DNA of 63,223 nt, the filler included, from Choristocarpus tenellus KU-1152 (Eukaryota > Protista > Phaeophyceae), in the NCBI GenBank assembly GCA_964200185.2. It is 13 parts of 13 records of this genome, joined end to end, with 100 filler letters (N's around TTAATTAATTAA, not from the genome) between each part and the next. Parts side by side here need not be neighbours in the genome. Positions count along the whole stretch, not along the records: positions 41,957 to 48,252 come from CAXNAD020008459.1; positions 48,353 to 52,570 come from CAXNAD020015630.1; positions 52,671 to 57,335 come from CAXNAD020013553.1; positions 57,436 to 60,227 come from CAXNAD020024717.1; 9 more parts are not named here. One strand, 5' to 3'. Below the pieces are notes generated by a model, which ran no database searches, had not been told where the DNA came from, and saw only the letters and a list, made by a program, of their open reading frames with translations. Made by a program: the position numbers and the translations under genes. The stretch's first letter is position 1. Every line of letters starts with the position of its first letter. This document shows, piece by piece, positions 47,675-60,227 of the stretch.

Positions 47675-48352
47675 GTACCCAAGTATTTTAACAGTAGCAT
47701 GGTCGATGTAGAGGAGAGTCCACCACTGTAAGCCTAAGCAGGACTTATGTCTATAGCCATTATATGATGCAGCGCAGAAAATGAGGGACCTTGATCATGA
47801 AGTAAAAACCTTCAATGACGTGGAACTGTAAATATAGGTGACCATGTGATGGGTAGTTTGCACCGGCAAGTCTTACGACCAAAGGTAATCCCATCCAAAT
47901 AATGCATGGAAATCCCCATCGCGAGTGACTGATGGGGTGGCACTACAGAGTTAAAAGGATCACCCAGATGACAAGCAGCTGGAATGAGACGGCACTTGTT
48001 CGTCAGACATCTGAACTGCTGGGTGTTGGTTCCCATTTTCGCTTGGTTAACATTTTTTGTGCTTGAATTGAGCAAAGAATAATTAGATTTCTGATCTGTG
48101 CAGATGTTAGAGCTGACTGTATTTGGTGTATTGGCATGCCCTGTCTTACAAAAGGTGCTATTGGTTGGAGGATAGAGGCTATTGACAGCAGCACTTTATC
48201 ATGTTGTACTAATCCTGCAAAGCCTTCATCTGCCCCCCCCCCCCCGATATACNNNNNNNNNNNNNNNNNNNNNNNNNNNNNNNNNNNNNNNNNNNNTTAA
48301 TTAATTAANNNNNNNNNNNNNNNNNNNNNNNNNNNNNNNNNNNNNNNNNNNN

Positions 48353-50290
48353 CTCCCGTATGCTGCCACTATGGAGTGGAGCGCGGGGCATACAAGGGAG
48401 AGGTGGGCAGAATGGCGGATGGCGCTGGTGAGCTATGCGGGCGGCAAGAGACTGTACTGCATCCTACAACCAGCATCGCATTCTTGCACCTCCCACAGCT
48501 GATACATCATTCGAGTGAAAGAGTCTTAGAGGGTACGAGTTATGCCCTGTTTGTCCATTTGGGGCTTGGCTTCCCATGGATTTTTTATGACATTTTCCTA
48601 CTCCAAACTGTTTAGGAGTAGGTAAAGTGTGTATGATATGAAAAGGTGTGTCCAGAAGATGGATATTTACACTTGCTAACAAACACGATAGCCAAAATTA
48701 CATCAAAATCGCGCCTTGGATTTTGACCCCCAAATGGACACTGCTCTACCCTCTGAGATACTTCGGTTCATTCAACGAACGCTGCGCGTACGATGAATAC
48801 GTCAGGCATCACGAAGCCTTGTGGTTCATGCTGGGACAGGCCACGAGGGGTGCTGCAGCTATGGTGGTCAGCTTGTATGGTCAACATGTACGAGAGGAGG
48901 CAGCCCCGACAGGAGGGCAGCCTGTCACGAATTAGAGCAGATCTATGGGGGGCGCGCTGTGAATCAGCGGCCCATGCAGTTCATAGCTCCAGAGATGAAA
49001 TTGTGCGACATGTACTGCTCGTCAGTGGAGGACACTGCAGATTTCGTCATTCGTCTCAATCATATCTGGACAAGAGTACGAGCAGCTGGAGGCAGCTAAG
49101 ATCATGCCAAGAAAGGAGATCTGATCGTAGGCATCAGGGACAGCATGCTGTAGGTATGTGCAGATGTGCCCGTGTGGAGGACGAGAGACCCCCATGCAGC
49201 TCGACAAGAAAGGAGCTCTGATCGTAGGTATCAGGGACAGCATGCCGCAGATATTGCGCACATGTGTCCGTGTGGAGGACAAGAGATCCCCATGCAGCTC
49301 GACAAAGGAAGCACAGACGACGAGAGATCCCCGTGCAGCTCACCGTAAATCGCGCGGCCCTGTGGTTCCTGCTGGGACAGGCCACAAAAGGGGGGCCGCA
49401 GCGATGGTGATCAGTACTCATGAGAGTATCAGCAGCCCTATGGAGGGCTGCCTGGCTCAAATAGGAGCAAATTTATGGAGGGCATCGCGAGGCTTTGTGT
49501 TTCCTGCTGGGAAAGGCAACAAAAGGGGAGCCGCAGCGATGTTGATAAGCACATCCTGGAACAACTGTGGAGGTAAAGGACACCTTCAGATCGTTTGCCG
49601 CCAAAGGAGAGCGACATTGTCTAGACAAGCTGGTGACCTCAGCACAGGTGACGTTTCAGCCTGAAGTCAAACTGCTGGAGTTAGTGGGGGAGTCAGAGCT
49701 GGACACACTGGAGAGCCAGAATTTGATGTAGACATGAACATGGATACACAAGACGAAGAAGAGGCTTCCACAGCAGGGAGCGAGGCAGACATGACTGGGG
49801 GTGAGAACCCAAATATTGGACGTGGGACTCAAAATGCAAAGCGCCCAGCTTCCCCACACAGTCAAGAAATTCCCAGGATGGGACAACGCCAACGCATGGA
49901 TAGGGCCGCACAAATGGCAACCAAACGCTTGACCCCACACTCTGAGAGGCGGAAATCTGCCAGGCTGGAGCAGCGCCGGCGGATGGCCCACACATGCCAA
50001 ATGTGTGCCCAGGAAGAGGATGAGGAAATGGAAATGAACCACTTCGTATCAACCCTTATGCAGCAGAACAACGAAGAAGTGTACTGCCTTGTGGGTCTCA
50101 TTGGGGAAGTAACAGCAGGTCCAGAAGAACCATCTACAACCAAGGAGGCCTTGAATGGGCCAGATGCAGATCAATGGCAGGTTGCCATGGAAAAGGAAAT
50201 GCAGGACTTTGGCAGAAGGGGACATTTAGTGGCAAAGCCCTACCCAAAGGAAGGAAGGCAATCAAGACACGATTTGTTTTCAATCTCTTT
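48353..50290 (+). mobile_element. Degenerate Ty1/Copia retrotransposon (gag, zinc knuckle, start of RT)
   Basis: gag-like ELEQIYGG...DFVIRLNHIW, CCHC knuckle NCGGKGHLQIVC, and EPSTTKEALNGPDADQWQVAMEKEM followed by LPKGRKAIKTRFVF (Copia RT N-terminus). Internal ~96-bp duplication at ~49109-49303. Confidence 0.85.
48513..48769 (-). mobile_element. MITE family A copy inserted in Copia gag, with 4-bp ATTC flanking duplication
   Basis: ATTC|GAGTGAAAGAGTCTTAGAGGGTAC ... CTCTACCCTCTGAGATACTTCGGTTC|ATTC. Confidence 0.85.
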
Positions 50291-53194
50291 TGCATAATAC
50301 CTTATCATAAACCAATGTTGACCCTCCCTTTATTTTTTGGCCAAAACCATTATTCCCTGTTCCTCCTATCACAAGTCTAATTCTACCTTGTGATGAAGAA
50401 CCTCGGGAGGAAAATTATTTTAAAACCAAGACAATTGATGTATATTTTTGAAATTCTCTTGTACTCCCCGCAAAACCCATTTTGAGTAGCCTGAACTCTT
50501 TCCTTGATAAAAATGGGACCTTGAATTAAAAAAAACTCAGAAGTTCGTGTCAATGATTTGACTCGCATTTATTTTGTTGTAGAGGTTAAACCATTGTTGA
50601 TGAGGTGATGTCCACTTGGGGTTGGTGCCGTATGCCATGCTTGTCCATGTAACCAATGCTTTCTGTAGGTTTGTTGAAGGTGAAGGTGATAATTTGCTGG
50701 GTTGGAAAGGTTACCAGGATAAATGTTGCTGTTGAGTATATTGAAAAAATATTACATATATTTTTTCTATTTTGAAATGATTTATGTAGTAGGTAGTATC
50801 TAGGGGATGAGCGTAGTTTGCAGGGTTATTGCATGCCTCTGATTGGATCGAATATGACGAGTAAGCTTCTTTTGTTAGTTTATTTATGGGATACAGTCAA
50901 GCGAAGTGACTGCCCATGTAGCGTTGGTTTGGGAAGGGGGGGAAGGATGATCCGTAAACCTATTTAGTACTTTGAAGAGGAACGTGATTCATAGGGGTAG
51001 AAATATTTTGGCGATGGATGTTTCTGCAGTCTCGTTCCATGAACAGACTTTGGTAGAGCTGTACATTGCACTTAGCCCACCCACACATGCACCTAGCTCC
51101 AAAAAGAACCCATGCTCCACCCTGTTAAAAACCAAAAATGCCAGTTCCTTGGCATGTACAAGCCTAGATGCCAGGCAGACACAGGGTGTCATATACCTAA
51201 CATTTCCCTGAGGTCCATGCCTGCTAGGAGCGCCTTTGCTTTTATGTGAAAAATCAACATGTGTTCAAACCTCCACACATCCACGAAATATGGTACTGGA
51301 CGAAACTGCACCTATTCGGGTGATTGATGATACAAGGTATCTATGAAAAATAGTTCCTGTGGAGCAGCTTGCTGATGCAGCTGAGTTAATAGGCCCAATG
51401 TTGGTCTGTGATATGCTATGATTGTGTGAGAAAATATATCTGTCCACTCTTTCAGGTACATAATCTGAACCTTCAGCAATAATTTTTTTCCCAGCACGCC
51501 AACCTGTTGGCCCTCCGATTTTTTGTAGGTAGAAATCGGGCAAGTCACAAAGTTTTCGGGTGACTCAGAAAAATTATTAGGGTGATACAGTTCTTCCTAC
51601 TCTGTGCTGAATTGGTGGGATATATTTACCTGGTGGATGTTGCTGGTATTTGGAATATGTTGATATAATTTTCGATCCATGTATTGACTCACTAACTCAT
51701 GTGATTTCTGAACAAAGCCCCTCCAATCTGTCCTTTCATCGTGACAGTGCATCTGTGAACAAGGGTATCGGTGTGGACAACCTACACTTCCTGGGGGATG
51801 GCTTATGGGTGTGCAAGCACCTTGACTGATCTATTTAAGGGAGTGATCAATGCCGCTTCTATAAGTATTTCCCGTTTTGGGATAAAGGATTAGCCCTGTT
51901 GTGAATTGGTACTCATGTGGTGTTGGTGTCTTGACTGTTTCGTTTGTTCTTTGTGTGTAGTGCTTGTCAGATAGGATATGATTCGGGAAAGACGGTATTG
52001 GTGCTGTAGGCTGGAAAAGCCTATAGACATGTATCCGTCCACTGGTTGGGACCAATGTGGGATGCATATTTGCACTAAATTCATTGTTGCTTTTTGGATC
52101 ATCTTTGAGGCAGTAGGGTAGGGTAGCACCACATGATTTTTTCTAATAATATTGTTTTTAGTGCGCGTATTGAAGTTGCTTGAAATCGTTTGTGTACATG
52201 CCTTCATACTACATTCAACACAACACAATATGTAAGACCCTGTTGCGGCTGTGTATGTCACCACCAGTTCCAACCAAAGAAATGGGCTAATTGTCAATGA
52301 GACCCATCGACACACACCATGGGTGCGTGATAGTACGCTTCTTTCCACTCGAACAGCTTCTTGCACGAACTAAATGTCCAAATGTATTATGCCCTGTGAC
52401 AGATTGCACTTGTGTCAGGGGAAAAGCCAAACCAAGATCACAAGGACCCCTATAAAAGTAACAGTTGTCGTAAATGCCCAATTTGGTTTCCACAGTCAAT
52501 GTGCATAAGGCTCAAAGTATCTGGTGGGGGGGGGGTAGCGACTGTTCATTTGGGGGCAATTTTTTCATGTNNNNNNNNNNNNNNNNNNNNNNNNNNNNNN
52601 NNNNNNNNNNNNNNTTAATTAATTAANNNNNNNNNNNNNNNNNNNNNNNNNNNNNNNNNNNNNNNNNNNNGATAATGAAAGAGCCCCTTTCCTGGGTTTG
52701 GAGCAAAGGGGCCTCCTGGTGTGAACCCCCCCCCCCCCCCCCAGATACTTTGGGTTAGAGCATTCCCACTAGAGTCAATGCAGTACCCCTACCTACAATA
52801 CCTACACGGTAGATGTGTCCCCAATGCAATTCAAAAGCAATAGATAACACAGTTTGAAGTGTGGCACTCAATGAGGAGATACCACTGCCCTTACTTACCC
52901 CCACTAACCCCCTGATCTCTACCTGCATCAGAGTGCACTCATTTGCCCTGTCGTCCTATACCACTCCTCCGTATTATACCAACCTAATCAGGTTGATGTT
53001 CCACTTTCCAGTCCCTGGTTCCATCTCCATACGTTTGTGCCTTGTGACACCTTTCGTCTCCCTTTCCCCCTGTGTTACATCATATAACGGCTATGTGTGT
53101 GCCTGGCCTGTGACATCACTGTGGACTCTCTTTGCGTCCTGTGTGGTGGTTCTGTCCCTTTTCCAGAGCCCACTCTGCTGGCATATGTTCGCAG

Positions 53195-56100
53195 GTTGCG
53201 GCCCAAGTTTTGGGCCCTCAATCAGTGTTGGCGATACCAAAAAATGCCTTACCACCAGCTTCCCCAGGAGAGGTTTCTTTTGCAGTAAGAAGGGAAGAGC
53301 ATCTTACCCCACAGTCCCCACCAACTATTTTATGTTCCACGCATGCATCTGAGATGCAAACAGTCTCAACCACTCAGGTGCACTCAGCACATCCAGCACA
53401 GGTTAAGGCAACAGAAGCTGTCCCAACCACCTTGATGTTGACAAGAAGAGATATGCTAGGCCTGGGAATGGAAACACAATCTAAGAGTGTTGCACAAGCT
53501 CTGACAACCGCAGCGGTGCTGCATAGCTGCGGATCACCTATTATATCATCTAGACCTCTTTGTGCCAGGGGGCAAGGTACACAGGAAAAGCTCCTTTCAA
53601 CGTCTCCAGAATTGCCTGTTTGTTTGGAAGGTTTTTGTGCGGTGACCTCTGCCACAGTTGATTCCTGTGGAATGAATAAAGGGTTGCAGAACAGTCATAC
53701 ACCACCAACACAACTGAAGTTACAGCCTGATGCCCCAAGATCACAGGTGCCCCCTCACTGCTTTCTGTCTGAAAAGCAATGGGAGCAAGCTAGCCCCTGT
53801 CCTGACCACCCTGGCTCACCTTCGGTGATCTTTGGGGATGCTTTGACCCAAAGCTCCCCAGCATTAACTGTTCACGGGCCAGTGAGAGCCATGCAGAACT
53901 GCTCAACGGTACAGACCCACAAGATTTCATCCTTGGAGGCTTGTGGTGTACATACTTCACTCAGAAATCTGGACTCAGAGGGACATCCTGGATCAGGTGA
54001 GGTCTTTGAGGAAGATACAATTCAGAATTTTTCTGCATTGGTCCCTGCTGGAGTGGAAAGAGGTGATCAGACCATTCCACTTGTAGCTGCCGTGGGTAGA
54101 TTTCCGACGGATACTCAGGGCTCACAGGTATCACCACAACTTGGATCTTTTCATAGAATCGGAGTACAAAAATGTCATCTTTTCAGTGAACTTCGTTTAC
54201 CTTGTTGTTTTGAAGATGTTGGCATAAAGACCTCTGCAGCAATGCCGTCATCGAGGAGGTTGGAAAGGGTTGTCAACTCATGTCCCAATTCCCCAAGGCT
54301 GGCGGCGCCTGCGGTGAATGATTTTAGACGGACTGTACCCTCGTCTCCATTTCCATTTATTACACAAGGGCAGGAAAATCATGTTCCTTCACTGAGTGCA
54401 CCGGGGACATTTCCAGTGACAGACACAGTAATGTTCCCCCAGTCCGGGCTACATCTCAGGAGAAGTGAGACAGCTGGTCCCATGATGTCATTTTTGCGAA
54501 GGGTAAAGAGTAAACCCCGAAATTTACGTTTGTCAACCCGAAGCTATCTTCGTGGTGCAATGCAATTGAAGGGCCTTAACCATACCAATCGTCAACAAAG
54601 CATTTGTATTGCAGCAGGAATGGGCATTCGACTTGGGGTAGTAGATCATGGTTCCCCTGGAGAAATTCTCCCCCTCTTGCCACCTGCTTGTTCCACCAAA
54701 TTCAGTAAGGAGGCTACTGAGGGATCTCAGCCATGTTTGATGCCAACACAATGTAAAGAATTTGGGTTGGAAATAGAACCAGAGTCTGAGCAAAAGAAAG
54801 AGGTGGCATTGAAGAACGAAGGCCAGGGGTGCAGTCATGAGTTGAGAAGGGTACATATAAAGGGTTCACAAGAGGAACCAGAGGAGAGGGATCGAGGGTG
54901 TACTCCTGGCAGGGGTGTGACAGACAGATCTTGCAGTCCAGTCTCCAGTCCAGCTTTTCTGGAGATTGCCTCAGAAGATGAAGAGTTGCAAATGACTGCC
55001 AAGGTTCCAACAGTTTCAGTAGGGTCAGGGAGTGGCGGAGTGTTACAGGTAGAAGGTTTGAAAGTGGTTGAAGAACAAAAAAAGTTTGTCTTTCCCAAGA
55101 TTTTGGATCAAGGTTACCTAACCCCCTCATGTCTTTCTAAGAATGAAGGGGAGGACAATGGAATTTGTACAGTCAAGGCTGGATTAGGAGCAAATAGGCA
55201 AAGGTTGATTACCCTGTCTCCCTCTGGTGATAGTGGCGAGCATATACCCAATACCCTAGCCCCTCCAGCCCAGATAGATGGGAAGGGTGACGGAGGTAGA
55301 GGGGTAGAGGGGATCCCTCCCACGGGAGATTGTGGAAGCAGCCGAGGTGTCTGCCCTACCATGATCTCCACGGCCCATGCACATGCTGTTTCCTCCAAGG
55401 AATATCAGGTGCAGGCTCAGATGGAGGCAATGTTGGAAGCAGAAGGGTTGTTGGAGAAAGGGGGCAAAGAGAGGAAAGAAGGTATGGGTGCAGCAGTGGG
55501 CGATGAAACCCATCCTCTGCCCTGGTCACTTCAAGCATCTACAGAAGATTTGTGCTTGCCATGCTCACTACAGTCAAACACAAAGGATGCAGCAGTTCCA
55601 TTAGGCAACACAGCATATTTCATGCCTGTCCCTTCCAACGATTTGGGATACCACTGTAACACCAAAATGGATTTTCTCGACAGCAGTAGTGATAACGGCA
55701 GTGGTGTGGGTAAGGGATTAGTTGTGGATGAGCCTACCTCTGGCAAGATATTAGCAGGGTCACTGGTGGAACGTAATGGAAGCAGGAACAGTACTGCCTT
55801 ATCCCCAGTCAGCTCCCCCTTAGGGCAACCTAAGTCCTATGAAGGGGTGCAGGAGCAGGTGCTCTCTCCACAGACGTCCTTCTCCCAACAGGCCTCCCTT
55901 TCCCCCTCAATCTTCCTCTCACATGACTTGAAGAGTGCCTCCTTTCTCCCAACAAAACCAGGTGGATGTAGCAGTCGAGGTCGCACAGGCAACACCAGTA
56001 GCGATAACATTTGCCCATGTAGTTGCAGTGACAGGGGCAGTGGCACCAACAATACAGTCAAGGAAGGGGAAAGGGACAGCAAAATATGCAGTTGTACCGA

Positions 56101-57321
56101 AATCAACCAGGGGAATCAAAGGAGGAGTGGTACATCAGCTGAAGTAAGGTCAGTGAGTTTGGCATCTTTAGCTCGACCTTCTGGGAGTTGTGATATCAAT
56201 TTATTGGGAACGACATCATCCTCGTCCCTGTCAAGATTGAGACCTGGACAACTCCAGGCTACATTTGCAGAGGGAGCTGCATTTGAGGCAGCTGCAACAG
56301 CACTGGCAGCAACGACAGTGGCAGCGTCTGTGCTGGAGTTTCGTACTGCAGAGGAGTTCTTCAGGCATCATCTGCTCAGATCAGGGATTCGGTGTGAAGT
56401 GATTGATCCATGTCTTTCTTGCTATACTCTGCTACTACTCTAAACTATTTTCTAGTTTGTGGTACCCAGTATCCTCCACCACGACATTTGTGGTTTTTTC
56501 CTGTTAAATTCTACTTCAACTAGAATGGAATACAATTCACCTTAGTTTGATACACTTAACCCAGACCCAATCGTGCAGCTTTCCCTTTCTTACCTTCCAC
56601 TTTCTGCAACCCTTCGACTCAATTCCTGTTCTTTTCTGCATCAGGCTTTGGTATCAAGGCCTCAAAGCAGCCTTGAAACGGCGTCGTGCAGCAAACTCAA
56701 GAAATAGGGACTCTTCCACTGCCAATATCCAAACCTTTGCCCTCCATGTTGCCTTGAGGACTTGGATTTCTGCCCACATCTTAGCTGCAGCTCACTTTAC
56801 CTCCCAGCGCACAACACAGCAAGCTATTGCCCGCCAAAAAACAAGAAGGACCATTTCCTGGTGGAGAAAACGAGTCAGTGCTTCAGCCAAACTCCATGGG
56901 CTTGCCTCACAGGGGGAGAATTGGCGCCGGTTTCGCCTAGTCCGAGTTGCCTTATCAACTTGGCGGTCATGGGCATCAGCGCATCAACGGGAACGTCAGG
57001 AGCGCCACCATTATTTAGTGACTGATGCCCTCTTCAAGTGGCACTGGGTTGCAGGAGAGAGTGCACGGCGTGCTGATGCTGGACGATGCCGAATTCTACT
57101 TGTGCGTGGATTACACTCACTTGTTGCAGGAATAGGGTGTCAGAGGCGTCGCATCACAGCAAGGACCTGGCCAGCAATGAAAGCCTTAAGATCCTGGCAC
57201 AGATGGGTGTGGGTGATACAGGCGGAAGCACAATACCGCAGTACTGCCCGCCTTTTGGCAGGGGGGCAGGGGCTGGCAGTCTGGCGAGCAAGGTCTGCAG
57301 CAGTGGCATCAATGCTGGAGG
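53195..57321 (+). CDS. Large protein: ~1060-aa Ser/Pro/Gly-rich region followed by Trp-anchored Sfi1-like (centrin-binding) repeats; internal exons
   Basis: Exon ~53195-56391 (stop-free for 3.2 kb) splices in phase 2 to 56645-~57321. The second exon has periodic motifs ALRTWISA, TISWWRKR, ALSTWRSW, ALFKWHWV, ALRSWHRW, GLAVWRAR. Confidence 0.7.
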
Positions 57322-57790
57322 GTGAGGTACATGCANNNNNNNNNNNNNNNNNNNNNNNNNNNNNNNNNNNNNNNNNNNNTTAATTAATTAANNNNNNNNN
57401 NNNNNNNNNNNNNNNNNNNNNNNNNNNNNNNNNNNAGTCCATTTTGGCTGTTTGGTCAAATCCAGATCTTATGGGTGTGGTTGGTTTATTGGACTGGTCG
57501 GTATGGATGAGCTCAAATGACGTGGTTGGCTCGCGCAATTGTATATGGCCGCGCGTCTTATGCATTTGTGTGTGTCGGAGATCCCAAAAAAGGAACCTGT
57601 CCCTGACATTGCTCCCCTCCCAGTGTGGATTCTATTCGATACGAACACAAAAGTGGCTGGCCAGCACTTCAGGTCGGACAGGTCCATCTTTGGGAGGAAA
57701 AACCCCGAAACATCCTGGTTGTATCAACTCAGGGTAGGTACACAAAAGGTGGAGCACGAATGGTGATCAGCCCAAGTCAAGGTCGCACTC

Positions 57791-58685
57791 TAGTCCAAGT
57801 AACATCTGTGTTAACGGGTGGATAGCGTAGAGAGAAAAATGGCATATACTTGCCTGTCTCCGACGTGCCTCCCGGGGATCCGAGTAAATGAAGCTCAGTA
57901 TCACCACAGCTTCGGTATATCAAGTCATCTCTTGGGGAGTGTTGAGGGGATAGTGTCGAGGATGGGTCACACTCATCATCCCTTACTATCACATCTTCTT
58001 CAACAACTTGCCTCCAAGGTGCTTGAAAAACAAGACAAAAATGGACTTTCAATGTTTGTTATATGCGCATTTGTTAACAGACGTAAAATATTATACCTGT
58101 GGAAAATAATATTTTACATTAAAAAAATAATATATATATATATATATATATATGCATGCTTCTCACAGGTGGAATCACTCTGTGTTACTGTCTACGGATA
58201 AGAGCAATCTTTCTACTCCACTATTCTAAAGTCGTCTAATAGATCAGCTCTAAACATCATCTCAGTCCAAGTGAACTCTGTGTTAACAGGTGTAGAGCGC
58301 AGTGAAAAAAACCGGCGTGGACCAGCCTGTCTCCTACATGACTCCTGCGGTCTGAGTGGATGAAGCTCAGTGTCACCACAGCTTTGGTACATCAAGTCAT
58401 CTATTGGAGATTGTTGTGGGAATAGTGTTAAGGGTGGTTGGAAGACTCACTCCTTTTCTATCACCTCCTCTTCAACAACTTGCCAGGTGCTTGGACAACC
58501 AGTAAGTTGGACAGTTAATTTTTTTTATGTACACAGTTTGTTTACAAATATTATTCCCGAGGTAAATAATATTTTGAAAGGTATGCATGCTTCTCACAGA
58601 TAGGTCCAACCTGTGTTTGTTTCCGAATGAGAGCAGTCTTTCTACTTCGCGAGACTCAAGTCGCTAAACTAGATCAGCTCTGACA
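57791..58685. repeat. Two diverged tandem copies (~470 and ~420 bp) downstream of the Gypsy integrase
   Basis: Shared blocks AGTCCAAGT, TCTGTGTTAAC, TGAAGCTCAGTRTCACCACAGCTT, TCTTCAACAACTTGCC, TATGCATGCTTCTCACAG, TAGATCAGCTCT at 57791-58256 and 58263-58685. Confidence 0.85.
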
Positions 58686-58742
58686 CTACCACCCGGACTG
58701 AGCCATGGTATGGTCTTCAAGAATCTATCGGCGTCGCTTTCG

Positions 58743-60227
58743 TTATCTTGGTACTAACAAAGGACTACCTTCTCTATCTGTGGAATCTGGTGGCAACTCA
58801 CCAGGCCGACAACCCACTAGTATAGAGGCATTCATTGCACTTTCCGGTCCACAAGGGGGGTTGTCACAAATATTTGAGGAGGCTTGGTTGCTATTAGGTG
58901 GACGTTTGGTTGGCGGTAACACACATTCTTCGGCTGTTGTAGTGGCAGGTGTCTCTTGATGATGACAAGTCGCTTGGTCAATGGCTCTTACATTAGGGAG
59001 GTCCAACTTGTTCTCATCCCTATAGGCTGCGATCATCTCTGCACATTCAGGTATTTCAGCAGGTTTGCGCCATACATCACTGGCTGGTGAATATCCCTGA
59101 AGGTGAAGCCGGTACAAATAATTGCGGGTGGTTTTTCTTCCTAACCCACGTTTATGATCAACAATGCCCTCTACATTGGAAGATCCAATAGTTGGCTGTG
59201 CCTTTGACCCCTGATCAAGGTCCGGTTCAGGAAAAATCCGGCCTAAAAAGAGTGAATTAAGGGCATCTATATCTGGCTCTGTAGCTCTACCCTCCTTGTA
59301 AGGTTTAACTCTAGCCAGATGAACCTTTTTTACTTCCCGTCGATCTTCTGATCGTTTTACGCGGGATACAACAGGTGTTATGCGTGCCTTCACTTCATAA
59401 GGTCCTCTCCATGGGGACAACAACTTGGGGTTTGGTGCATCAGCTGACGTATGTGGTTTGTGAAGCCACACTTTATCACCGGGTTCGTATAGTGGGAGTT
59501 TATGGTTCACGTTCTTCGATTCGTTTCTTAAAGTCACCTCACTAATATTACGCCAGGCTAATTCATAGGCTAGCTGTAAATTCTTCACTGTTTTCATACT
59601 GTATTCTCGTGCAGTTATGGGGGTGGCCTCAGGGACCCTCAAAATAAGACCAATTGGTAAAATTGGGCGCCTCCCAAACATGAGAAAAAATGGGGTTTCT
59701 TGAACAGCGGAATTATAGGCGGTATTGTGCGCTAGCTGGACAAAGGGCAGCAATGAGGCCCAGTCAGATTGGTCCATATTTGAATACATCGCCAGCATAC
59801 CATGCATTGTGGAGTGAATACGTTCACATATATTATTGCCTTGCGGTCGATATGCCATTGTCTTGATTTTATGATATCCATACACTTTACGCAACTCAGC
59901 CAGGAGTTTATTATCAAATTCTTTGCCTTGGTCAGAGTGGAGTGTTTCAGGAGGACCAAAGATGGAAAAAATACGGTCGACGAGAGCTTTAGCCACGGTT
60001 TTTTCTTTCTTATTTGCAGTACCAACCAAGATTGCGAATCTTGTAAGATGATCTACAGCGGATAGCTCATAATTTGCACCGTCAGACGTGGTCTTATATT
60101 TAAATAGGTTAATAGCAAGTCGTTGAAATGGACGTGTGACAGGCATATGTCCTGTTGGTAATGGGGTTAGAGTGTGCGAGGTCTTACGCCTTTGGCAGGA
60201 CTGGCAAGATTCACACCACTCCCTCAC
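58743..60227 (-). mobile_element. Ty3/Gypsy pol C-terminus: integrase (Zn finger end, rve core, GPY/F) plus chromodomain
   Basis: 494-codon ORF: CQSCQRRK, PFQRLAINL, LHSDQG, YRPQGNNICER, WRGPYEV, chromodomain VEGIVDHK...YRLHLQGYSPASDVW. 5' end cut by the spacer. Confidence 0.93.

Noticed and set aside
34213-57335. Flagellar/centriolar gene cluster (CFAP100, LRR, Sfi1-like)
   Set aside because: CFAP100 and the Sfi1-like gene lie on different contigs separated by artificial spacers.
57880-58410. Self-cleaving ribozyme in the duplicated cassette
   Set aside because: No CUGANGA...GAAA hammerhead core or other ribozyme consensus could be assembled by eye.
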